Source of the DNA: Octopus vulgaris
Lineage: Eukaryota
Length of the DNA: 64,000 bases
Assembly (NCBI GenBank): GCA_951406725.2
Contig: OX597814.1
Location: 9,734,001 to 9,798,000 of the forward strand
Reading direction: 5' to 3'
Shown: positions 41,387 to 55,726 of the stretch, piece by piece
How positions within the stretch are numbered: the stretch's first letter is position 1
Layout of the letters: each line of letters begins with the position of its first letter
Translations under genes and position numbers: made by a program
The notes under the pieces: model-generated
Told to the model about the DNA's origin: nothing
The model's input: only the letters and a program-made list of their open reading frames with translations
Database searches by the model: none

Positions 41387-41545
41387 TAGATACAATGAGT
41401 TTCTTTCAGTTTCCCGTTACCAATTTCACCCACAAGGCTTTGATTGGCCCGAAGCTATAATAGAAGACATTGACCCAAGATTCCACGTATTGGGACTGAA
41501 CCCGAAATTATATGGTTGGGAAGCAAACTGCTTATCACACAGCCA
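41095..41545 (-). mobile_element. SINE family B, diverged
   Basis: ggccatgctggggcacc...gggactgaaccc...cttatcacacagcca. Confidence 0.8.
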
Positions 41546-41593
41546 TTTTATTACAATGCTTTGTTGTCCATGGACATCATCATGTACAGTATA

Positions 41594-42036
41594 CACCACT
41601 TCCTCGACTATTGCGGGTGTTACATTCCAAAACGCTACGCGATAGGTGAAAATCTGCAAAGTTTCTGTATATTCATTTTATTACAAATGTAAAACAACAC
41701 CACACACTCGTCTGTTTTCCATACAGTATGTGCGATTCTTTGTTTACTCATCTACAGTACACTAAGTATTTTCTTTTAATATATTATAGTGAATGTGTTA
41801 TACAGTGCAGTACTGTACTGTATTTTTATTTATTGATTTATAAACTTTTAGGCGTGAAAATGCTTATTTTACCACAGAAATAATTAAAATCTAAAAAAAT
41901 ATAAATACCTATCGGCTGCAGAAACCCGCCATATACTGAGGAGTCCGCGATATAAATTTACATATATTAACCAGGAAAATCCGCGATGTACTGAGGGCGC
42001 GATAGGTGAACCGCGATATGATGAGTGATTACTGTA
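41594..42036. mobile_element. Tc1/mariner (Tigger/pogo-like) MITE
   Basis: Left cctcgactattgcggg and right ccgcgatatgatgagtgattactg|ta, with subterminal cgcgataggtgaa at both ends. Confidence 0.6.
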
Positions 42037-42222
42037 TAATCTTAATTTTATATTCAGGCTATGGATTTATATTTATAAATTGATTTCGTCATAAGAATTT
42101 AAAAACTTCTAGTCATGAAATAAATCGTATTTAACGGTGGAACTCGAAGTAGATAATGCTATATTTAAGAGCGTGTAAGTATTAGGTTAAAATAACCTTT
42201 GGATGGAAAAAGTCGAAGGCTG

Positions 42223-42281
42223 CTCGTGGGATTCGAACCTACATCTTCTATGAACATTACAGACAGTCTACCATTGTACCA
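42223..42281 (-). pseudogene. Degenerate tRNA-like sequence (SINE head or tRNA pseudogene)
   Basis: Minus strand: tggtacaatgg (A box) ... ggttcgaatccc (B box); the cloverleaf is not intact. Confidence 0.5.
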
Positions 42282-42436
42282 AACCAATCTTTCGAATCAC
42301 TTTGACTGCTTTAGAAGCTTTGTTCTTACCCTTAAGAATAGTATTTTATGTCATAAGAATCTATAAACTTTGAGAAACACGGAATAAATAATGGAGGAAC
42401 GCAAAGTAAACAAAACTATAAAGAATAATATCTAAA

Positions 42437-42835
42437 TATTCTTTTCTACTCTAGGCACAAGGCCCGAAATTTTTTGGGAGGGTGCCAGTCGATTAGATCT
42501 ACCCCAATATTCAACTGGTACTTAATTTATCGACCCCGGAAGGATAAAAGGCAAAGTCGACCTCGGCGGAATTTGAACTCAGAACGTAGACAGATGAAAT
42601 ACCTATTTCTTTACTACCCACAAGGGGCTAAACACAGAGAGGACAAACAAGGACAGACAAACGGATTAAGTCGATTACATCGACCCCAGTGCGTAACTGG
42701 TACTTAATTTATCGACTCCAACAGGATGAAAGGCAAAGTCAACCTCGGCGGAATTTGAACTCAGAACGTAACGGCAGACGAAATACGGCTACGCATTTCG
42801 CCGGCGTGCTAACGTTTCTGCCAGCTCGCCGCTTT
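42437..42835 (-). mobile_element. SINE family A, 2 tandem units
   Basis: Core present twice; head ctgccagctcgccgc. Confidence 0.88.
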
Positions 42836-43242
42836 ACGGCATCTAAATATTGAGTTGGAAAACTTCTTAAATGGAAAAGTGTACAGAAAATATGGGTTCC
42901 TGTCCCAGACGCGCGAACATACACATATTCTTGGAGCGCGAGGTTCTTGATCCAAACTTCCCTTTTTCTTGGAAATCGTAAATCCTTCCACGTTCGTGTT
43001 TGTTCTTCTATTTTTCTCAACCAAGTTATTATTAGCATCTAATTAATATCAATCACTTGATCAATTTACATTTTAATCATGTTTTTCTAGACACTTATCA
43101 TACACACACACATACAAAAAGTAAAAACAATAACAAAAATTACATACGCATGTATTCAAATAGCTGCTCCTTTATTTATATATATATATATATATATACA
43201 CATACATATACGTTATTGAAAAGCAGCAGAAATATTCCAAAA

Positions 43243-43292
43243 ACTGTTACTCAGAGTTTTACTCAGTTTCACGTTCCCGTTCGTCGGACAGT
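43243..43292 (-). ncRNA. Type I hammerhead-like motif (U4C) with extended stem III
   Basis: ACUGU-CCGACGA-ACGggaaCGU-GAAA-CUGAGUAAAACUCUGAG-UA-ACAGU. Confidence 0.7.
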
Positions 43293-43314
43293 TTTGCTTA
43301 GAATTCTAAACAAA

Positions 43315-43352
43315 ACTGTCCGACGAAGGGGAATGTGAAACTGAGTAACAGT
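43315..43352 (+). ncRNA. Type I hammerhead-like motif (U4C), stem II mutated
   Basis: ACUGU-CCGACGA-aggggaaugu-GAAA-CUGAG-UA-ACAGU; inverted partner of 43243-43292. Confidence 0.6.
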
Positions 43353-43377
43353 CTACCTTTTGCATTTATTTGTACCC

Positions 43378-43416
<39 letters not shown>

Positions 43417-43529
43417 TTTGCTGCTTTTCAGTAAGACATGTACGGTGGTGGCATATTACTCTACCTCGGGTATTCGAATACTATTTTTTTCTACCTTGTT
43501 TTGCATTTATTTGCTTACTTCGGAACAAC

Positions 43530-43612
<83 letters not shown>

Positions 43613-44239
43613 TAGTATATATCTTTACACACAAACACACATAGAATTATATTCACAAACTTAGATATAAATTTATGCGGTTACCCAACTACACGTACAC
43701 ACAGATATAGTTACAATATTTCCTCCCACGACCACGCATATATTAGGTTAATCTCTGTTCAAAACAATAATTAGTGTGCGTGTATATGAAGTAAGTTCTC
43801 TTAAGTTTCACCGCAGAAACAAATAGGTGAGCAGAAATAGTGATATATTAAGTGTTCGTAAGAGCAGTCCAGCCCCACGAATCTTGTCTCTATTGCTCGT
43901 TTGTTTGTTGATGATTCACCTGTGTGGTCTGGCGGTGCTGTTGATCGCCCACGTCGCTCTTCGGCATTGTTTGGCCCTTGTAATGTACACCAAAGGGTAA
44001 CACAATTATTACCAAAGCAGTAGCACCGTCACAAACAACACACACTCGCACACACACACACGCACACACGCACACACCTAGATAGATATACAGTCGCATA
44101 CACACACATACACACACACATTCGCACACATAAACATTCGCACCAAAAGCAGTTTCTGAAAGCGATCGGCGCTTTTATTGTCTCTCTTGAAGCTCTAACA
44201 AATACGTCATTAAATGACGTCAAAAAGAACAGTTGTGGC

Positions 44240-44289
44240 AGCGGCGACACCGCCTCCTCCATCCTCACCAGCACCACCAGCACCACCAC

Positions 44290-44330
<41 letters not shown>

Positions 44331-44440
44331 CAATCACCATCACCATCATCATCATCATCATCACCACCATCACCACCACCACCACCACCACCACCACCAC
44401 CACCACCACCACCACCACCACCACCACCACCACCACCACT

Positions 44441-44485
<45 letters not shown>

Positions 44486-44515
44486 TACTTCTTTTTCTTC
44501 TACTTCTTCTACTTC

Positions 44516-44547
<32 letters not shown>

Positions 44548-45521
44548 CTTCTTCTTCCTCACTACCACCACAACCTCCCACAACCACTTCAACTTATCAT
44601 CATAAGAACCAAGACCACGAAAACGACGACGACGATGACGACAAAGACTCTTCAATCACTACAACCGCCTCCGTCCTCCCACCACCATTGACATCTACTA
44701 CTACTACCACCACCACCACCACCACCACCACCACCACCAACACCAACATCACCACCGCCGCGCCACATCGGTCAATAATCACCACCACATTCACAACCAC
44801 CATCACCACCACCACCCTCGACACCGTCATCTCCAGCATCATCATCATCAGCATCATCATCATCATCAGCATTATCATCATCATCATCATCAACATTGTC
44901 ATCCTACTTAAACCTCTACCACCACCACCACCACCACCAATGCCACTACCGCCGCCACCACCACCACTATCACTACATCACTACCATCAATACCACCACC
45001 ATTACCATCATCGTTACCATCACCACCACCACCACCACCAGCACCACTACAATCAATGATACCATCACCATAACAGCATTGTCATTCTACTAAAACCGCC
45101 ACCACAGCTATTACATCTACCACCACCACCACCACCACCACCGCCACTGCCGCCGCCACCACCATGACTATCACTACATCACCACCATCAATACCACCAC
45201 CATCACCATCACCATCACCATCATCTTCATCGTTACCATCACCATCACCATCATCTACCACCACCATCACCATCACCCTCACCATCATCTTCATCGTTAC
45301 CATCACCACCACCACCACCACCACCACCATCATCAATAATACCATCACCATAAGAGCATTGTCATTCTACCATCACCATCACCATCACCATCACCATCAC
45401 CATCACCATCATCTACCACCACCATCACCACACATTAATATGAACAATAACAACATTGTCATCCTGCTAAAAACCGCCCCCTCAACTATCACGGTCCACC
45501 ACGGCAAATAAGATCAAGAAT

Positions 45522-45571
<50 letters not shown>

Positions 45572-45573
45572 TG

Positions 45574-45634
<61 letters not shown>

Positions 45635-45860
45635 CAATAGTCGCGATTCAACAGAATTTACAAGCAGAGAAACCAAGCAATACATCAATAACGACATAAT
45701 GTGACAACAGCGAACATAATATGAACAATAACCGAAACACCGCGGCAATAACGAGAACATAAGCAAAATTAACAACAACAACAACAACAACAATAACGAA
45801 AACAACAACAATAACAATAACGACAACAACAACAATAACGACAACAACAACGATGACAAT
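44240..45860. repeat. (CAC/CAT/CTT/AAT/AAC)n low-complexity block
   Basis: Directly visible; source of the Pro/Ser/His/Thr-rich ORFs. Confidence 0.95.
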
Positions 45861-46136
45861 AATGGCCGAAAAAAAAAACAAAGATTCGGGAGTAAGGTAA
45901 AATGATAAATATCATAAATTAAAAACTGGAAAACCGAAGCAAAGCACCCCCATACAAAAATATAGATGTAAGACATAGGGATATGAAGAGAAATAAACTG
46001 TATTATGATGATAATAATAAGTGTAAGAGCAACATGTTATATAAAAACTATTATTTCATACAGGCGTAAGTGATACATATATATTCACGATCCTATATAC
46101 GTACGTGCATCTATCTAATCTATCTGTCTGTCTGTA

Positions 46137-46226
<90 letters not shown>

Positions 46227-46308
46227 CCTACCTACCTACCTACCTACCTACCTACCTACCTACGTACGTACGTACGTACGTATGTATGTATGTATGTATG
46301 TATGTATG

Positions 46309-46348
<40 letters not shown>

Positions 46349-46527
46349 AATAGATACACTCACTCACACGCACACACAAACACACAGAACATGTATATGC
46401 GTGAGCGAGCATGTGTGTATGTATATACATCTATACATGTAGACAAACACGTATTCACACACATATACATATGTATACACATACACACACACGTGTGTGT
46501 GTGGGGATATATATATATGTATATATG

Positions 46528-46561
<34 letters not shown>

Positions 46562-48500
46562 CATGTTTATACATACATGCACACACACACACATACACAT
46601 ATATATATATACATGTGTGTGTGTATGTGTGAGTGTGTGTGTGTGTGCGTACAGCTATATATGTAAGCACAATGACACATATTACATATTGTTTAATCCC
46701 CTTTTCCCATACACCATCATCATGAAGAATTAAATCAACAAAAACAAATTAAAATAAGAAAACCAAGACAAAACCTCAAACGTAACCAGTTTATGAAACC
46801 AAACAACAGCAACAACAACAACAACAACAACAGTTATAACGCAGGTCAAAATATATGGACAGCAACATGAACAGGAACAATATCAACTACAAGAGCGTCA
46901 ACAGCAACAAAAATGACAACGAAAAACTACAATTTAAAAAAAACAAAAATCGGGGAGAAGCAGAAAGACAAAGGGGGCAAGGCAAGTCAGCAACAGTATC
47001 CATTGCAAGGGGTACAGTAACAGCAGCAAGTTAAATATATCAAAAATCAACAACAATATCAAATATATCCAAAACAACGACAGTAACAATAACAACAACA
47101 ACAACAACAACAACGATAATATCAACAACGTAGGAAATAAATACCCAGGCAGCGGGAGTGACAACAACAACAAAAATACTGCCCATCAACGTGTATTACG
47201 TACATTGACAAACAGTCGGGAAACATCAAGAGCGAAAGCTGATCAAAAACCATTAGCTGTCAAAGAACAATAGCGAAATGACAACACCGAGCCAAATGTA
47301 TAGAAGGCCAAGTAGGTTATTATGGTTATTAAGCGGCAACGCATGAAAGCCCACACATAGTTTTATAGATGAGAGAACACACACACACACATACAAAAAA
47401 AAAAAAAAATTTTTTAAAATTCTCTCCGGAGAAGTATCTATCATGGTGAACATCATATCAGATATTTGCAGACATTAACGGTTCTACAATTACTGTTTTT
47501 GCTGTTGACGTATAGCTTATGTTGAACAAACCAAATGGTACTTTATGTGGGTAGCCAAGTCGAGCTTGTTTCTTTTTTATGTTTTACAAATTCTGTTTTC
47601 ATTTTGTATTTTTTTCTCGTTTGTTTGTAAGTAACATCTACGACTCTTCGACTCCACGACTCACCACTCCCACTAAACCTTGAACATCAGTTCATAGCAT
47701 ACTTCAACGTGATTCATTGAATAACTATCCTATCCTATAAAAATAATTTTTTTTTTAAAGCCTTGTGCCTATGTGAGAAATCAATATTATTTACCCATTT
47801 ATTGTATGTTTGCACTGAACGAAATTAAAGTTTAAAGTAACTTCTCGGGTATTATACTCGCATAAAATCGATTTCAGTTCTAAGTCGACGTTGGCCCCGG
47901 TTCGATCCACTGACTGTAAATGTTCTGCAAAGTAAAGTTGTGAATGTCAAAATATCGCGTTCTCGGCCTACTACCGAGTACAGTCCGTGTGCTGTACTCA
48001 CCAGTAAGTCTATGAGAACGCTACATGTATAAATGAGTATCGGCATACTACAAAGTGGGGGGGCACAAGTTCTAAAAGTTTTTGTTCTTAACTTTGCCGT
48101 AACATTCAAGGAGTCGAACAAAATGCCTGGGTGGAAGAATTTTTATATTTCCAAACTGTTCTCTGCAAATCGTAAATATCATTATTTTCTGAAATTAACT
48201 TTAATAAACTTTGAAACTATCTAATTGCCTTTCGAAATGACTGAGGACATTAACGCAAAGCTTAATAAATGTTCGTCATGGACACAGGTGTAGCAATGCG
48301 GCCAAGAAGTTGAACTTGCAACCAAAGGCTCCAACCAAAAACTTTAGACATAATTTTCTTATTATTGATGTGTGTATGTGTTTGGGATTTTTTATAAATG
48401 TTGCACGCTAAGCCTATACTAACACTATAGAACAACTACAACAAAAATTAGAGCACGGCCATAAATGTGATTATTAAAACGAGTCAAAAGCCAATTGAAG

Positions 48501-48721
48501 TACGAGGGGCTGCTGAACAGTTCCTGGCTTTGGGTAAAAGAAAGTACAGGAGGATCAGTTGATTATGATTTTATTCAACATATTTCCCTCTCAGATTCAC
48601 ACACTTATTGCAGCGGTCCTTCAGTTTTACTAAGCCCTGTAAAAGAACTCGGAAGGTTGGGTCTCCAACCAGGCTTTTCGCGACCTCCTTAAAGCCAGTA
48701 ACTTTTTAGCACCCCTTCGTA
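48501..48721. mobile_element. Mariner-type MITE
   Basis: TA-flanked TIRs tacgaggggctgctgaacagttcctggcttt / aaagccagtaactttttagcaccccttcgta. Confidence 0.82.
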
Positions 48722-49974
48722 CATAAATAAAACTCGAAAGAAAGCAATATCATTTATTAATTTTCTGACAAGATTAAAGTAATAGAAATTGTTTGCAGGT
48801 TGAATGATCTTGCAACATTCAGTTACTTTCGTTTATTCTCTGGGTTGAAATTCTTCTAAAGCCAACATTTAATTACAAAATACGTAGCAGTGATATCTAA
48901 ATTTGGTTTTCATACATTGTGTATCAAAATCTTCCTCCAGATGAAGTAATTTTATTGAAGGGCTGTCAAAATAAGGAGATACCACTAAAAAACACTTCGT
49001 GTTCATGCTATGTATTTAGAGCCAGTCAATTTGGCGACACTCATATCTCTCCAAGATTTGATCATGGGAACCAATTTAATTCGGTTATAAAAGTTAATGC
49101 AATATTTGCCAATTGTACAATACTGCAGTGGTAAGCTGATTCTGTTTACTATTTATTTGATACTTATTTACAGCTTGGTGGGGAATTGGCTATTTGTGAA
49201 TTAAGTATCTTGACCAGATAAAACAACGTAGTGCCGATGACAGGACACAAACCACCAACCAGTCATTTTGTTGTCTTGTCACCTATCGACTCTGTTAGTT
49301 TCTTTTGTTGATGAAGAACAGGCGACAAAATGGCTCATAAGATAAAATATGCGACTATATACGCTGCTACGCCGGTTATCACTTTTACGGTTATCTGTTT
49401 GTGCCTGTTCTGTTTCAATTCACCGTTGCTGATGGGGAATTATCAGATATGAGAATGTAGCTGAGAGTAGGCTGGCTTCTTGTCCAAGAGATTTCATTAT
49501 CATCTATTCTACTTGACAAAATCTCACTTACTTCACAATTATAGAAACTACTTTGGCCTCCTGTGATAATATCGTTGAAAATTTTCAGTTCGAAATATAT
49601 TTGTTGGTGTAGGTGAAAATGAATACAAGAGGTTGTGATATAGTGAAGAAATATTTGCTAACATAGAAACCACAAAAGCACTATTATTAAAGTAGCAAGA
49701 GTTTCGTGGTGTAATGTGTCCGGATATAAAAGGGTCACGAGAGAGGTAGGCAGTTTTGGGAAACAATTTCCAGTTTTGATAGACGATGGATGGGTAGACC
49801 TTCAGGAGAGGGGAATACTGGTTTCCAGGTCTAAATTCTTTGAACCGATTAACACCAAATATTATTTTGACACTACTAACAAAATTGAGTCCATTCTTCA
49901 GTACATGTTTAGCGTAAGAACTATACAAACCCATTAAACACATGCAGTTACACATACACACACAAACACACATG

Positions 49975-50131
49975 CATAGGTGTAAGATTAAGAAGTTCGC
50001 TTCGCGCGGTCTCAGGTTCAGTTCCACTGCATAGCATCTCGGGCAAGTATCTCCAACATTAGCCTCAGACCAGCTAATTCCTTCTAAGTGAATTTAGTTG
50101 ACGGGAATTGTGTGAAGTTTATCTTATGCGT

Positions 50132-50207
<76 letters not shown>

Positions 50208-50450
50208 ACACACACACACGCACGCACGCACGCACACACACACACACGAACGCTCGCAGATACACACTTATATGAGTGTATGTAGTTGAGAGTGTTATGT
50301 TTGTTATTCACCACTTGAGAAAAATTGTTGGTTTGTTTACGTCCACGTAAGCGAGCGGTTAAGCAAATGAGGCCGTTATAATAAATACTCGGTTCGTTTT
50401 GATTGACTAATACCATCAAGGTAGTGCTTCAGAATAAAGCCGCAATCCAA
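49975..50450 (+). mobile_element. SINE family B, highly diverged
   Basis: ggttcagttccactgc...gggcaagtatct..., central (CA)n, tail caaggtagtgcttcag. Confidence 0.65.
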
Positions 50451-50733
50451 TATATATTACACGCACACACACGCACACATGTACAAACATACACATCTTT
50501 ACTATTATGCAAAAGTGTCTTAAGTCCAAAACGTTGCTTTTTCAGAAAACGAAAAAATAGTTTCACCATTCCATAGCAAAAGTGTTTTACTACACTTCGA
50601 CAATTTTTGATATCTTTGCATCCGAAGCAGTTGGAGATACGATAGTTTGACCGACTATAGCAAGCAAAAATAAATATTGAAAACAACGCATTTAGCCAAA
50701 TTTGGACATACGATAGCTTAACATAATAGCAAC

Positions 50734-50774
<41 letters not shown>

Positions 50775-51191
50775 GTAGTTGAATGAATTATCTTAGTATG
50801 GATAATTCGGTTAACCGATACCTGGGTATAAATATCATCAGAAAAACACGGTTGTGTGTGCTACATGCCAAGGGCATGAGATCACGAAACATATGTGCCG
50901 AGAATAAAGGAATTTTGTTAAATCGTCACCTTCAACTCCATTCTTTCATTTATATATATATATATATATAAATATATATGTATATATATATCGCCATGAT
51001 AGATCGTTAGCCACTACACACATTTTTCCTCTACAAATCTTTCTCTCTTTGTTTTTTTTCTCAGTGTCCCTTTCTCGGACGACGTAGGCTCGAAATCAGT
51101 AAAAGACTTTTTCTATTCCTGAGCGTTATACATATACATCTGTTTGTTTTGTACACCACCTGTCTTCGTCTTTTGTTTTTTCGTAAACTCT

Positions 51192-51302
<111 letters not shown>

Positions 51303-51369
51303 TATATATATGCATATATATATCTATATCTATATATATGTATGTGTGTATGTGTGTGTGTACGTGACT

Positions 51370-51615
51370 TTTAGCGTGGGGATTTCAATTCCTGGACCGG
51401 GTCGTACCTTGATCCTTGAGCTTTGCAATACAACTTCATCTCACGTTGCATTGCACTTCGACACCTGAAGCGTAGTACACCGTGCATCTGTTCAGGTACC
51501 GTCGATGTCATGGACGGTGTGACCTAATGTACAGCACAATCATTTGACTACTATAAACAAATCATTTGTGCAGGTTGATCAACAAAGACCGTCTTTCTCG
51601 GACGACGAGAGATTA
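51370..51615 (+). mobile_element. Diverged tRNA/CORE-type SINE
   Basis: ttcaattcctggaccggg...ccttgagc...tcacgttgc; a related inverted piece lies at ~60085-60215. Confidence 0.55.
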
Positions 51616-51698
51616 CCATCATATAAATATATATTTCGTTTCAAGACAGCAGTGGCGTAAAACCCGTGAGCTTCAGTACCAGGAAACAAAAGTATATA

Positions 51699-51925
51699 TA
51701 TTTCTTTACTACCCACAACGGGCTAAACACAGAGGGGACAAACAAGGACAAACAAACGGATTAAGTCGATTACATCGACCCCCAGTGCGTAACTGGTACT
51801 TAATTTATCGACCCTGAAAGGATGAAAGGCAAAGTCGACCTCGGCGGAATTTGAACTCAGAACGTAACGGCAGACGAAATACGGCTACGCATTTCGCCCG
51901 GCGTGCTAACGTTTCGGCCAGCTTG
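51699..51925 (-). mobile_element. SINE family A monomer with 20-bp TSD
   Basis: ccaggaaacaaaagtatata at 51679-51698 and 51926-51945. Confidence 0.9.
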
Positions 51926-52020
51926 CCAGGAAACAAAAGTATATACTCTACAGCATGTATTGAGCACAACTTCCTCATTTGTTCGACATAAAGCAACGTA
52001 CGCACGTACACACACACACA

Positions 52021-52080
<60 letters not shown>

Positions 52081-52587
52081 AACACACAAACACACACACG
52101 CACACACACACACACAGACGCAAGTGCATGTGCAACACGTTTGTGTGCCAACGAGATGTGAGCAAAGAGTTTCATGCGGGGCTTACAATATTATCTCCTC
52201 TTGAATACAACAGTCACTCTCCTCTCTCCCTATACACAAATCAAGGTCTTGTGCCTATCTAAGAAATCATTACAAAGTCTTTTGTCAACACCGCGCTACA
52301 AATGCCCCTGTAAAAACACTCCTCTCTCCTTTAGAAATGTGTGGTCTGATGATTAAAGAAGAAACTAGTTTTAGTGAGCTACAGCTTACCTATTTTGTAT
52401 ATATCAGTGATTTCCCCACCTCCCTTTAGTTTATCTAATCTGTTATATATTTTATGTATATTTTTATGACTTAAACACTTCGTCTGACCGTTTCCTCTTT
52501 TTCTTCCACTGTTTATTTGATATTTTTTATGGTTTTTGCAAAAGACATTGGTCTGGCTTTATGCGTTAATGTCATGCGCTTCTTACT

Positions 52588-52635
<48 letters not shown>

Positions 52636-52654
52636 AACACACACACACATATAT

Positions 52655-52735
52655 ATATACACACACACGGGCACATATATTTATATATCTGAGGGAGAGA
52701 ACGACATACACACACATTTGTCATGTGTTTTCCAT

Positions 52736-52783
<48 letters not shown>

Positions 52784-52915
52784 GCATGTATGTATATACA
52801 CATGTATGTATGTATGCATGCATGTAAGTATGTATGTATGTATATATGTATGTGTGTATGTATATATATGTGTGTATGTGTATATATATATACATACATA
52901 TATATACATATATAT

Positions 52916-52976
<61 letters not shown>

Positions 52977-53390
52977 TGTATGTATATATAAATGAAATTT
53001 CCAATCCCCTTTTGTCTGTTTTTTTCTCTCTCTTTGTTTCTAGTTCTTTTTCGTATTTTCCCAATTTTTCTATTTTTGTCTCTTGCATTTGTCTTCCTCT
53101 TGTGGGTGGTATAATTTCCTGCAGGCGATATACACCCTTCTTCACCCAGATATTATTTTTTTAAAGTCCTTTCTGTGTGTACCGAATTCGTTTGAAGTCG
53201 AAACCTGTTTTTAATCACACCGCCTAACGCACTCAGCTATAATATCGACGACTCACAAGAGGTGTGAGACTATAAAATTTATTCATGAATGCATTTCAAG
53301 AAACCGGAATTTTACAAAGCAATACCGTGCCATTTTTACAAGAGAATAAATATGTAGATACATACATACATACATACATACATACATACA

Positions 53391-53422
<32 letters not shown>

Positions 53423-53774
53423 CATACATACATACATACATACATACATACATACATACATACATGCATGCATGCATACATACATGCATGCATGCATACA
53501 TACATACACAAACAAATGTATACTTACATATATACACAGATGTACGCACACATACGCACATATTCACACACACGCACACACTGACGTGATGATCAGGTTA
53601 AACATATATATATTACATACATATATAAACATACGTATGTATATATTTATGTTTTATATGTATATATATATGTATATATACATATATACTTATATGTATT
53701 TACGAAAAAGAACTAGAAACAAAGAGCAAAAAAACAGACAAAAGAGGATTGGAAATTTTATTGATATATACATG

Positions 53775-53835
<61 letters not shown>

Positions 53836-53907
53836 TACATATATACATACATACATACTTACATGCATACATACGTACATACATACATGCGTATATACAT
53901 ACATGCA

Positions 53908-53961
<54 letters not shown>

Positions 53962-54088
53962 TGTATGTATGTATGTATGTATGTGTGAATGTGTGTATGT
54001 ATGTGTGTATGTATGTATGTATGTATGTATGTGCATGTCGTTCTCTCCCTCAGATATATAAATATATGTGCACGTGTGTGTGTGTATA
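52655..54088. repeat. Large inverted repeat (~400-bp arms, ~645-bp spacer)
   Basis: Unique anchors 52671-52707 / 54035-54071 and 52995-53055 / 53701-53758 are reverse complements. Confidence 0.85.
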
Positions 54089-54924
54089 TGCATATATAAA
54101 ACTCACATAAAAGCATGATACATGGAACCGAAGTACAGGAATGTTAATTTTGTATACACGTTTACGCACTATGTATATTTAAAACATCAAACAAAAAACT
54201 TGGAGGACCAGAAAATCTCAACAACTGGACAAAAATTCTCTCTATATAAAAGTCAATAAAATTGCCGTAGGAACAATCTAAAAGCAACAACAACAATAAT
54301 AATTATAAGTCCTTCTACACTTTCTAAGGAAGCGTATGATAGAAATTGCACTTGTTGACTCTGATTCAATTAGGTAAATTTGCTCAATGCCTGGCTGAAA
54401 GAAATAGAATATATCCTCTGGGTACAGTTCAATCTTCATTAACTCCTGTATCAATGATCCTGAAGTGAAATACACTGAACAATCTCACGACCACTGCCCT
54501 GTAAACTTCAATGTGAAAAAGAATATCTCTTCTCTGTTAGTCACACGAAATGCATACATAAGATGATTGTCTAGTCTTTTGAGGTAACATCCGTCCCATA
54601 TTCAGCCTGATTGTTCTGATTTACTTCCTTACCTGTATTTGCGCGGATATGACTTTTCACCATGCATTTATCACCGTAGGACTTTATAAAACACAAAACC
54701 AGCTCTGGATTAACTATTAAGCAAAATAAGCACGTGCTTAGGACATCATGGTAAGGAGGAGGCACCACAGAAATGGTAAATGGTTTATGGCACAAAAGAA
54801 ATCACTTTAAACTTGCTAAAATAATATTCGTGGTTCCTTTATCTCTACTGAGTATAGATACAAATGTGTTACCTAAAATTAATTTTGAGAATCAGATCAA
54901 AGACTTTGCAATTCAAAAATGAAA

Positions 54925-55051
54925 ACTACGTTAAGGCGGTAAGGGTACACGTGTCTGTGGAGTGCTCAGCCACTTGCACGTTAATTTCACAAGCAGACTG
55001 TTCCGTTGATCGAATCAGCTGGAACCCACGTCGTTGTAACCGACGGAGTGC
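54925..55051 (+). mobile_element. SINE group C, 3' fragment
   Basis: gggtacacgtgtctgtggagtgctcagccac...gtaaccgacggagtgc. Confidence 0.8.
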
Positions 55052-55400
55052 ACACACACGCACGCACGCACACACACACACACACACACGCACGCACACA
55101 CACACACATACACGCACGCACGCACACACGCACATACACACACACACACACACACACATGAAAATTGAAAGAAATCAGAAAATGGCACCCCTTTTGCTAA
55201 AGATAAGAATCACCACCCTCTGTCACTTTTGTGATCCCTATTAATTTTGCCTTTAGGTTAATTGCAAATAAAACATCCTTTATAATTTGTTGTTTCCACT
55301 TTTACCGTTTTGGAAATCAGCACACTTTCTCAACGGTTTTTTCTTATAAGACTGACAGAGGTTGTTGGGGTTAACCCTAGGTGTCAAGAGCCGCTGATGA

Positions 55401-55686
55401 GGATTTGGTAGACGGAAACTGAAAGAAACCTGTCGTATATATGTATGTATATATATATGTATGTGTGTATGTGTTTGTGTGTCTGTGTTTGTCCCCCTAG
55501 CATTGATTGACAACCGATGCTGGTGTGTTTACGTCCCCGTCACTTAGCGGTTCGGCAAAAGAGACCGATAGAATAAGTACTGGGCTTACAACGAATAAGT
55601 CCCGGGGTCGATTTGCTCGACTAAAGGCGGTGCTCCAGCATGGCCGCAGTCAAAAATGACTGAAACAAGTAAAAGAGTAAAGAGTA
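55401..55686 (+). mobile_element. SINE family B, 5'-truncated
   Basis: ggatttggtagacggaaac through gtaaaagagtaaagagta. Confidence 0.88.
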
Positions 55687-55726
55687 ATTGGTGCAAATCA
55701 ATGCTTCACCATTTTCACCATTTTCT

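Noticed and set aside
44214-45059. 281-aa Pro/Ser/Thr/His-rich ORF resembling a formin or extensin
   Set aside because: Pure (CAC/CAT)n microsatellite mosaic.
49261-49335. ~75-nt imperfect hairpin
   Set aside because: Many G-U pairs and a poorly paired upper stem; more likely a decayed inverted-repeat remnant.
52346-52372. CTGATGA-ttaaagaa-GAAA-CTAG-TT with palindromic ACTAGT
   Set aside because: No stem I pairing and a very weak stem II; at best a decayed HHR.
55394-55420. CTGATGA...GAAAC
   Set aside because: Chance junction between another repeat end and a truncated SINE; no stems.
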